Assembly (NCBI GenBank): GCA_035637115.1
Contig: DASPXV010000059.1
Span: 24,242 to 88,241, forward strand
Reading direction: 5' to 3'
Source of the DNA: Vicinamibacterales bacterium
GTDB lineage: Bacteria; Acidobacteriota; Vicinamibacteria; Vicinamibacterales; 2-12-FULL-66-21
DNA length: 64,000 nucleotides
This document shows positions 56,915 to 64,000 of the stretch, one piece after another (position 1 is the first letter of the stretch; every line of letters starts with the position of its first letter). The notes under the pieces are model-generated. The model was not told the origin of the DNA and ran no database searches. It worked only from the letters and a program-made list of their open reading frames with translations. Made by a program: the position numbers and the translations under genes.

Positions 56915-58850
56915 CTCCCAGCGCTAACGTCGGAACATTCGGCGCAAACGGGTCAAACGACAGCGCATGCAGCGTTACGCGGATCGCGTCGCGATAGAAG
57001 GAGGTCACGTCCCCCGGTCCTCGCAACTCGAAATATCGGACTCGCCGTCCCGGCGCGAGCAGGCGAATGTCCTGGCGGATCAAGTCATCGAACGCCGCGG
57101 GTGAGTCGATGAGGGGGCTAAGAAGAAAGCCTTGTCGCGCCATGTCGGGAACCAGCCGATGAACCCGTTGACGTCCATCCTCGAGCAGCAGCGCAACTTC
57201 GAGCGGCGGCAGCTTGTAGAACGTGTTGCACAGATGGCCGAACGCTGTCGTCTCAATCTCGATCGTCACCCACACGAGCGCGGCATCGCGGGGAAGCTCG
57301 AACGCCTTCCACCATGTCGTCTGTGAATCGCTCACCGCGCGAAGCTCCACACGTCGGGGAACCGCGCGACGTTTCAGCAGCAGGTACCGGCCTGCCATCC
57401 CGCCGGGATCGTAGTGCGCGATCACGTCGGGCCACAGCTGTCCTTCATCAAGCGATGGGAACCGATTGTCGATCGTTTCCATGTCGAAGATCAGCGTGGA
57501 CGCGGCGCGCTCGCCGCCGACGCGCGCGCGATTGAGAGCCATCAGGGCACCGTTGTAAACCACGTAGCTCTGGTACACCGGCCGAGGCACGTAATCCAGG
57601 CCGTGCGCGAGCGGGACTGCTGCGTCCCATGGGTAGATGTCGACCGTCCCCCGGATTTGTGGAAGCGGGTGCTCCGCTCGTATTGCGGCGAGGGCTTTCT
57701 CCCGCTGCTCCGTCAATGCGGCGCGGCGTCCATCCAGCAACACGTCCCGCGCGCTGGACGCCCGCTCCAGCAGCCCCCTTCCGAAATTGACGTCTACAAA
57801 GGTTGCAAACGTCTGTTCCGTCTTGGCGTGATGGATCGACAACGCGACCGCAGCAACGTAGCCGCACAGCATGAGCATCGCGATCCGGCGAACCGTACCG
57901 GGGACGATGCGGCAGTACCGGCTGGCATAGACGGCAGAGCCCGAACACAAACTGCCCCACGCGATTAGGCTGTGCAGGTCGTGCCGGACGAAGCCGGCCT
58001 TGAACGCAATGAAGATGTACAGCACGAAGGCGAGCAGCAACGTCACGCCTTCCCATTCGCCGGTGCGCCATTCCCCGTGCTGCCATTCCGCGTATGCCCC
58101 CAGCATCAGCACGCACGCGGCGAGCCCGAGGAAATGCGTGATCTCGAACGCATCGCCCGGTAGCTGCATGGCTTCCGAATAGCCCGCGGCGACCGTCAGT
58201 GAGGTCGCGATATAAGACGGAAGATGCGCGAGCCGCTGGCCGGCCAGCCAGAAAAACACGACGGCGCAGGCAATCGCGAACAGCAGGTAGGCCGGCACGA
58301 ACCGCCGCCGTGAGATGCGGTTCAATTCGATCAGGACGACGAGCGGAAGGCCCAGCAGCGCAAAGCTGAATTTGATCAGCGCCGATAGCGCCGTCAAGGC
58401 AATCAGGGGCAGGACCAGGGAACGCGCGACGGAACGATTCGGATGGAAGTACAGGAAAACCGCGAGCAGCGGCATCAAAAAGAAAACCGGATCGTTGATG
58501 AGTCCCGCGCGCAGCCCGACGAAGACGAGGACAACGATCGCGCTGCGCTCAGCCCACCGGCCGGCCGGCAGGAGACAGGTGGCGCCCGCCGCAATCGCCA
58601 CCGCGAGCACAAGCCAGAACGCCATCGTCACCGAGTAGTTGCCGGGGTCGAACAGGTTGGTTGCCAGGAACCCGTACGGCCCGTACGTGAGCACCAGGTC
58701 GGTCCCGAACTGCCAACGCTGATTGAAGGCGTGGCCTTGGACCGTCATCCACGAAGGGTCCAGCCCCGACGCGGGCATCGCGGGAATCCAGGGCGGCAGC
58801 AGCAGCGCCGAAATGAGAACGACGAGGAGTTTCCTCATCAAGGACTGCAC
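56853..58850 (-). CDS. Large polytopic membrane protein with a C-terminal soluble domain (possibly GT-C-like)
   Basis: 665 aa. The N-terminal ~330 aa form a multi-TM region and the C-terminal ~330 aa are hydrophilic. The location is within a glycosylation cluster. I cannot confirm a family. Confidence 0.5.
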   Translation of the reverse strand: MQSLMRKLLVVLISALLLPPWIPAMPASGLDPSWMTVQGHAFNQRWQFGTDLVLTYGPYGFLATNLFDPGNYSVTMAFWLVLAVAIAAGATCLLPAGRWAERSAIVVLVFVGLRAGLINDPVFFLMPLLAVFLYFHPNRSVARSLVLPLIALTALSALIKFSFALLGLPLVVLIELNRISRRRFVPAYLLFAIACAVVFFWLAGQRLAHLPSYIATSLTVAAGYSEAMQLPGDAFEITHFLGLAACVLMLGAYAEWQHGEWRTGEWEGVTLLLAFVLYIFIAFKAGFVRHDLHSLIAWGSLCSGSAVYASRYCRIVPGTVRRIAMLMLCGYVAAVALSIHHAKTEQTFATFVDVNFGRGLLERASSARDVLLDGRRAALTEQREKALAAIRAEHPLPQIRGTVDIYPWDAAVPLAHGLDYVPRPVYQSYVVYNGALMALNRARVGGERAASTLIFDMETIDNRFPSLDEGQLWPDVIAHYDPGGMAGRYLLLKRRAVPRRVELRAVSDSQTTWWKAFELPRDAALVWVTIEIETTAFGHLCNTFYKLPPLEVALLLEDGRQRVHRLVPDMARQGFLLSPLIDSPAAFDDLIRQDIRLLAPGRRVRYFELRGPGDVTSFYRDAIRVTLHALSFDPFAPNVPTLALGAIVPAGETRGNAVRDTRWRR

Positions 58851-58873
58851 GGGGTTGGTTTAGTCTACTGGAC

Positions 58874-59722
58874 ATGCCCTCGCCGAGCTCCGCCCTGCCG
58901 ACGGTCTCGGTCTGCATCCCCACGTATCGCGGCGCCCTTCACCTCCGGGCGTCCATCGATTCCGTCCTCGCCCAGACGTTCGGGGATTTCGAGGTGCTGA
59001 TCATCGACGACAACTCGCCGGATGACACTTTCGAGATAGCCGCGGCCTACGGCGACTCGCGGGTGAGATGCCTGCGCAACCCTCGGAACCTCGGCCCTGA
59101 GGGCAACTGGAACCGATGCCTCGACGAAGCCACGGGCCGATACGTTAAGTTGCTGCCGCAGGACGACGTCCTGGCGCCTGGTTGCCTGCAACGGCAAGTA
59201 GAAGTCCTGGAAGGCGATCGACGACAGGAGATCGCGCTCGTGTTCTGCGCTCGCACGATCATCGACGGCCGTGGGCGACAGGTGCTCTCGCGGCGGACGT
59301 TCGGACGGGAAGATCGCCGCATCACGGGCGCGACGCTATTCCGCAGATGTCTCTGGCGGGGCACGAACGTGATCGGCGAGCCGGGCGGCGTCCTCTTCCG
59401 GCGCGCGCTGGCCAGAGCTGTCGGACCGTTCGACGCGTCCTATCCCTACGTCGTCGATCTCGACTTCTGGCTCCGCCTTCTCGCGCATGGGGACGGGTAC
59501 TACATCGCCGTGCCGCTGGTCTCGTTCCGCATCTCGCCCGGCGCGTGGAGCGTCGCGATCGGCGCCAGCCAGGCGGCGCAGTTCCGGGGCCTCGCGGCGA
59601 AGATGGTCGAGAGTGGCCGGATGCGCGCCGGCGTGGTCGATCTGGCGGCCGGTCGTGTGCTTGCCTTGCTGAACAACGTCGGGCGCCTGTTGCTTTACCG
59701 CTTTCTGTTTGCGAGAGGGTGA
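58874..59722 (+). CDS. Family 2 glycosyltransferase
   Basis: ...VSVCIPTYRGALHLRASIDSVLAQTFGDFEVLIIDDNSPDDT...LPQDD... Confidence 0.85.
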   Translation: MPSPSSALPTVSVCIPTYRGALHLRASIDSVLAQTFGDFEVLIIDDNSPDDTFEIAAAYGDSRVRCLRNPRNLGPEGNWNRCLDEATGRYVKLLPQDDVLAPGCLQRQVEVLEGDRRQEIALVFCARTIIDGRGRQVLSRRTFGREDRRITGATLFRRCLWRGTNVIGEPGGVLFRRALARAVGPFDASYPYVVDLDFWLRLLAHGDGYYIAVPLVSFRISPGAWSVAIGASQAAQFRGLAAKMVESGRMRAGVVDLAAGRVLALLNNVGRLLLYRFLFARG

Positions 59723-59728
59723 CCGGGC

Positions 59729-60340
59729 ATGCCCGCCAAACCAGTATTCGGGCAGGACTACGCGGCGCGCCAACTGCGCAGGCGGCGGAGCCCGCTTCGT
59801 CGCGCCATCAAGCATTTCTACCTGCAGAACATACTGCGCGAGGTACGCGGACGGACCGTGGATTTCGGTTTCGGCGCGGGACAGTTGCTCGAACGATTGC
59901 CTGCGGGTTCGCTGGGTCTCGAAGTGAATCCGCACCTGGTCGAGGATGCGCGGCGGGCGGGCTTGAACGCCGTTCTGTACGACGCAGACACCGAACCGCC
60001 GCTGATCGGAATCGTGCCTCCTGGTACCTATTCGACCCTCGTGATGGCACATGTGCTCGAACACGTTGAGGACGCGGCGGGTTTCCTGCGGCGGTTACTT
60101 CGTTCCTGTGCGGAACTCGGCGTCGGCAGAGTGATTCTTGTCGTCCCGGGCGCAAAGGGCTATCGGTTCGACAGCACCCATCGGACCTTCGTGAACAAGG
60201 AATATCTGACCAAGCACAATTTGCTCGCGTTCGAGGACTACGTGCTCAGCAAGACGCGCTATTTTCCCGGCGACCGGGAATGGATCGGCCGCTACTACGT
60301 GTTTCACGAGTTCATGTTCGTCTACGACCGCTCGCGCTGA
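59729..60340 (+). CDS. Class I SAM-dependent methyltransferase
   Basis: ...VDFGFGAGQLLE... is motif I, followed by ...LVMAHVLEHV... Confidence 0.65.
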   Translation: MPAKPVFGQDYAARQLRRRRSPLRRAIKHFYLQNILREVRGRTVDFGFGAGQLLERLPAGSLGLEVNPHLVEDARRAGLNAVLYDADTEPPLIGIVPPGTYSTLVMAHVLEHVEDAAGFLRRLLRSCAELGVGRVILVVPGAKGYRFDSTHRTFVNKEYLTKHNLLAFEDYVLSKTRYFPGDREWIGRYYVFHEFMFVYDRSR

Positions 60341-60358
60341 TCCGCGGCTGCAGCAACT

Positions 60359-62107
60359 TCAGCGGCTCAGATCGAGCGGCTTCGCGCTTCCACCGTCGAA
60401 GGGAACGAGCGCCAGAAATGGCGCTTCGCTCAAGGGCACCAGCCGGAAGAAGCGACGATCGCGAAGTGAGTCGCGCACGGATTCCACAGTCCCCTGCGCA
60501 TCACGCAGGAACAGCACGTCGTCTTCGAGATTGAGCCGGGGGCGGCGCCAGTCGTGCACCCATGTCCCGATCTCCCGCATATCCGGTTGCGCGTTCACGA
60601 CTGCAAAGAACCAGGGTGCCAGGACCACGGCCTTGCGACCATCTGGATCGCGCACACCGCGCTCGATGGCGCTGTAGAGCGTGCGCTGGATCTCTGATTG
60701 GCGCCGAAGGGCCAGCGCCTGTACGACCGTAAATGTACCGAGCCCGAGCGCGAGCGATACGACAAGCGCGGCCGCGACCTTCGTAGCATTTATTCCGTGG
60801 TGCTTCGCGCAGTTCACCAGGTTGGCGAGCCCGTATGTCGCGATGACGGTCAGCGGAACCGCGCACTCCGAGTAATGGATCGGACCGACGATGTGCAGCC
60901 CGGAGTTGTCGTGGAACAGCGTCAGCGACAGATCCGCGACAACACAGAGTCCGAGCAGCTTCGTAAAGCGGTCCGCCAGCGCGCCTGCGGCAACCAGGAT
61001 CAGGCCGAGCGGTCCGAGAAACCAGACGGCGAGCATGAGCAGGTTGTAGCTGAAGTTGTCGCCGAAGCGACCCCACAGCGACAGCGAGGTCATATCGGTG
61101 TGTCCCTCCGCCGCAAAGCGTGCGGGCAGCAGCGCGTTGCCGGTCATCGCATATGAGTGCCACGCAAGCACGGCGACGGCGGGCAGGAACCCGGCGATCA
61201 GGCCGGCCAGCGCAAGGTTGTCGCGCACGCTGCCGCGCGCTGCCTGGAGGATCGCCCATAGCGCAATCGGGGCTGCGAAGAACGCGGTTTCGAGTGGCCG
61301 GCACAGGAATGCGAGTCCGAAGAAGCATCCGGTGAGCGTCCACTTCGAAACCGCTGCGTCCCGTTCGGCCGTCGAGAGCGTCAACAGCGCGAGCGCGAGA
61401 AACGCCCTCGATGCCAGGTGGACATGTGTCGTCATGGACAGCAGCGCGACCATCGGGGAGCAGAGGAAGAGGAACACCGCCGCAAGCCCCCACGTCGCTC
61501 CGAGGCGGCGTGCCATCAGGAACGCAAGCGCGGCGACGGGGGTCGCCGCCAATATCGCCCACAGCCACGCGCCGAGGCGCGTCAGATACGCGATGGCTGC
61601 GATCGCCTGGCCTCCAATCCAGTCGAAGCTGCCCACTGCGCCGTTCCTGAAGTAGAGGAACAGCGCAGGAATGCTCTCGCGCGGCAGCGGCAGATGGGCC
61701 ATGACGTGACCGGACGCGAGGATGCGTCCGCCGAAGTCGACGGCGTACTCGTCATCGGTCACCGGAAAATCGAGCAGGAAAAGGGCGCGACCCAGCCGAG
61801 CGCTTGCAACGGCGACCAACGTGAGCGCGAGGATGCCGAGCCGGCGGTCGCGGGCGGTAAGGCCTCGAATGGCGCGTGCCATTCTTGCCACGAACGGAGC
61901 GACGCGCAACGCGAATCCATATCCGATGAGCAGCGTGCCAGGAAAAAGCAGGAGCGCATGACCGAGCCAGAGATTCAGCTCGCCCGGCGAACTGCTGGTC
62001 AGCGCGCCACGAAACGTGACCGTGGTTCCGTTGGACGACGCCTGGAGACCGAAAAAGGAGAGGAGCAGGACGTAACCGGCGATGCGCGCGATTCCCGCGT
62101 TGGTCAC
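60359..62107 (-). CDS. GT-C fold (ArnT/PMT-like) membrane glycosyltransferase
   Basis: Taken from the GTG at 62107 (GTGA overlap with the upstream GT2 stop): VTNAGIARIAGYVLLLSFFG... There are many TM helices and a C-terminal periplasmic-type domain. The 192-aa longer track version overlaps the GT2 gene. Confidence 0.65.
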   Translation of the reverse strand: MTNAGIARIAGYVLLLSFFGLQASSNGTTVTFRGALTSSSPGELNLWLGHALLLFPGTLLIGYGFALRVAPFVARMARAIRGLTARDRRLGILALTLVAVASARLGRALFLLDFPVTDDEYAVDFGGRILASGHVMAHLPLPRESIPALFLYFRNGAVGSFDWIGGQAIAAIAYLTRLGAWLWAILAATPVAALAFLMARRLGATWGLAAVFLFLCSPMVALLSMTTHVHLASRAFLALALLTLSTAERDAAVSKWTLTGCFFGLAFLCRPLETAFFAAPIALWAILQAARGSVRDNLALAGLIAGFLPAVAVLAWHSYAMTGNALLPARFAAEGHTDMTSLSLWGRFGDNFSYNLLMLAVWFLGPLGLILVAAGALADRFTKLLGLCVVADLSLTLFHDNSGLHIVGPIHYSECAVPLTVIATYGLANLVNCAKHHGINATKVAAALVVSLALGLGTFTVVQALALRRQSEIQRTLYSAIERGVRDPDGRKAVVLAPWFFAVVNAQPDMREIGTWVHDWRRPRLNLEDDVLFLRDAQGTVESVRDSLRDRRFFRLVPLSEAPFLALVPFDGGSAKPLDLSR

Positions 62108-63162
62108 GCGCCGCCCTGGGCAGCAGGCGGGTTCGCTGTCGGCACCACGCTCCGCGGAGGCTCGATTGACGTCACGGTGTTGATGCGCCGCCGAACGATG
62201 TAGATCGGTCGCTGCTTCAGCTCCTCGTAAATCCGACCTACGTATTCGCCGACCATCCCAAGGCACACGAGGATGGCGCCTCCGAGCAGGCTCTCGAGCA
62301 CGACGAGGGTCGCCCAGCCGGGCACGAGATCCCTTTTCAGCATCGAGTGCACGAACACGCGCAGCCCGTACAGCATCCCGATCAGGAACGTGAGGAAGCC
62401 GAAGTACGTCGAGATCCGAAGCGGCAGCGTCGAGAACGACAGAATGGCGTCCCAGCCGAAGATCATCATCTTTCGTTTCGAATACTTCGTCGTGCCGGCG
62501 GCGCGCGGCGGCCGCTCGAATGGCACGGCAACCTGGGAGAACCCGATCCAGGTCACCATGCCGCGCAGGAATCGCTGGCCCTCGCGCAGGTGGCCGAGCG
62601 CCCGCACCGCGTCGCGCGACATCAGCCGGAACTCGCTCGAGTTCGGCGGCAGATCGCGGTGGATGAACTTCCGCATGATCCAATAGAAGGTGGCGGCCGT
62701 TGCGACCTTGAAACGTGTTTCACCATGCCGCTTCGTTCGCTGCGCATACGCGACGTCGTAGCCTTCGCGATAGCGCTCGAGCATGCCCACGACCACCTCG
62801 GGAGGATCCTGAAGATCGGCGTCCATGATCACGACAGCGTCGCCCGCCGCGTGATCGAGACCCGCCGTGAGCGCCGCGGCATGGCCGAAGTTGCGCGCGA
62901 GGTCCAGAAACTTCACCCTGGCGTCACGTTCCGCCCACGCCGCCAGCAGGGCCGCGGTGCCGTCGCGGCTGCCATCATTGACGACGACCCATTCGATCGC
63001 ACACGGGAGAGACTCCGCGAGCGACTCCAGGCGCCGGATCAATAGCGGGAGTACGTCGGCCTCGTTGTACATGGGCACGACGAACGACAGCAGGCCGGGA
63101 TTCGGCCTGGCTACCAGGTTCAGCGGCACGGCCTCGCGTGCCGGAGGCGTGGACGTGGACAT
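62104..63162 (-). CDS. Polyprenol-phosphate glycosyltransferase (GtrB/ArnC/DPM1-like GT2 with C-terminal TM helices)
   Basis: ...LSFVVPMYNEADVL...VVNDGSRDGT...NFGHAAALTAGLDHA...VIMDADLQDPPE... Two C-terminal TM helices follow. Confidence 0.85.
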   Translation of the reverse strand: MSTSTPPAREAVPLNLVARPNPGLLSFVVPMYNEADVLPLLIRRLESLAESLPCAIEWVVVNDGSRDGTAALLAAWAERDARVKFLDLARNFGHAAALTAGLDHAAGDAVVIMDADLQDPPEVVVGMLERYREGYDVAYAQRTKRHGETRFKVATAATFYWIMRKFIHRDLPPNSSEFRLMSRDAVRALGHLREGQRFLRGMVTWIGFSQVAVPFERPPRAAGTTKYSKRKMMIFGWDAILSFSTLPLRISTYFGFLTFLIGMLYGLRVFVHSMLKRDLVPGWATLVVLESLLGGAILVCLGMVGEYVGRIYEELKQRPIYIVRRRINTVTSIEPPRSVVPTANPPAAQGGA

Positions 63163-63227
63163 CCCGATACGCTTTATCGGCCGCACGGTTCCAGCGCTGC
63201 AGACGCGCGCCCTGCGGACCTCAGGCT

Positions 63228-63479
63228 TTAACCCCCGGAGATGGTTGGGATGATTTCTACAGTGTCACCGTCCGCGAGCCGGCGCTCCCGCGCGTGCTGG
63301 AGCAGCATCTCGTCGTTGACGGCGAAGTTGAAGACCGAGTCGTCGAGCTGGTCCTTAAACCCCGGAATGCGCGCATCCAGCGCGTCGATCAGCTCCGCGA
63401 CGGTCGCGAGAGGCCCTTCGAACATGAGCGTGTCGGACGGGCCGACCCGCAGCGTACCCGGCAATCGGACCGTAATCAT
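63228..63479 (-). CDS. MoaD/ThiS-family ubiquitin-like sulfur carrier
   Basis: 83 aa ending ...GDTVEIIPTISGG, a C-terminal Gly-Gly. There is an ATGA-type overlap with the upstream AOR gene. Confidence 0.75.
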   Translation of the reverse strand: MITVRLPGTLRVGPSDTLMFEGPLATVAELIDALDARIPGFKDQLDDSVFNFAVNDEMLLQHARERRLADGDTVEIIPTISGG

Positions 63480-64000
63480 TGGCCGAGCGTCTCCGCGAGC
63501 TGCGCTCGCCAGGAGCCCGCGGGCTGGCCGGTATCATCGAGCCCGGAGATCTCGTAGAAGCGCGAGAGCATCTTTTCGAATTCCGCGCGGTCGATCTTTT
63601 CTCCGGCGTACTGCCCCACCGTCACGGGCTCCTCGAACCACCGGTCCGGCAAGGTATCGTGCGCGCGCGTGACGCCGAGACGGCCGTTGATCAGACGTTC
63701 GACGCCCATGATGTTGTGACCGACTTCGCTCAATTCTGAATCGCTGAACTGCAGCCCGGTCACGTTTCCGATCTGGTTCGCGAACTCCTCGAGCCCTGGC
63801 AGCGACGGACTGTTGAACAGCTTCGTCGTGAACCGGCACATGCCGACGCTGTCGCCGACGCCATAGGTGTTCTCGCACACGCGGACGGCGCGCTCCTTTG
63901 TCTCGTAGCTGTTCGGCGCGGCGCTGACCGCTCCTCCGTAGAGCCGTTCCTTGAACGCCGGATCGTCGTTGATGCGCGAGTTGATCTCGAGCGTCACGCG
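63476..64000 (-). CDS. Aldehyde:ferredoxin oxidoreductase family protein (C-terminal part; the 5' end lies beyond the window)
   Basis: ...ENTYGVGDSVGMCRFTTKLF...GHNIMGVERLINGRLGVTRAHDTLPDRWFEEP... is typical of the AOR C-terminal domain. Confidence 0.85.
   Translation of the reverse strand, partial: RVTLEINSRINDDPAFKERLYGGAVSAAPNSYETKERAVRVCENTYGVGDSVGMCRFTTKLFNSPSLPGLEEFANQIGNVTGLQFSDSELSEVGHNIMGVERLINGRLGVTRAHDTLPDRWFEEPVTVGQYAGEKIDRAEFEKMLSRFYEISGLDDTGQPAGSWRAQLAETLGQ

Noticed and set aside
60359-62683. Full 774-aa version of the GT-C ORF
   Set aside because: The first ~192 aa overlap the upstream GT2 gene out of frame and are Arg/Ala/Asp-rich. A GTG at 62107 forms a GTGA overlap with the GT2 stop and begins right before the first TM helix.

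Overview
This is a visibly GC-rich, tightly packed bacterial chromosomal segment. I call about 55 protein genes, many with 4-nt ATGA/GTGA start-stop overlaps. I saw no rRNA, tRNA, CRISPR array, transposase or integrase. Several families suggest an Acidobacteriota-like soil bacterium, which is an inference: a TIGR03436-type VWA protein, TonB-dependent/Oar-like receptors with a carboxypeptidase-regulatory-like front domain, and many secreted peptidases.

Gene content, left to right:
- 1-3.6 kb: sufC (partial), sufB, an IscA-like protein and a MoeB-rhodanese protein.
- 3.7-10 kb: rmuC and assorted metabolic genes.
- 10.4-15.2 kb: a metal cluster with a DtxR-family regulator placed divergently to a two-domain multicopper oxidase, a ZIP transporter, a cupredoxin and UbiE.
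- 15.2-21 kb: queD/queC, nagA, a ROK kinase and a deoxyhypusine-synthase-like gene.
- 21-27.4 kb: a PH-domain protein, a sigma-54 activator, a repeat-tailed S8 protease and an HD-GYP/GAF/GGDEF protein.
- 28.4-47 kb: fabI, several peptidases (S41, a 1509-aa M14, M20) and two TonB-type receptors.
- 47.4-56.4 kb: an orphan DGQHR (DndB-like) protein, OsmC, FTR1, an M19 dipeptidase fusion, cstA and the VWA protein.
- 56.5-64 kb: a GtrA/GT2/GT-C envelope glycosylation cluster, then MoaD and a partial aldehyde:ferredoxin oxidoreductase.

Most interesting observations:
1. An in-frame TGA sits exactly on the first Cys of the CxxC motif of a small glutaredoxin-like gene, with a SECIS-like hairpin downstream. 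This is a candidate selenoprotein.
2. The DtxR regulator ORF runs without a stop codon into a signal peptide and an outer-membrane-barrel-like protein that carries a G8 tract.
3. A roughly 245-bp nested palindromic intergenic element contains a perfect 28-bp inverted repeat.
4. A REP-like palindrome cluster is read in frame at the 5' end of a TonB-receptor gene.
5. The DGQHR protein has no dnd or dpd partners in the window.
6. The whole sufB-sufC spacer is a hairpin built from heptamer repeats.

All functional calls come from reading the translated ORFs by eye. No database search was run.
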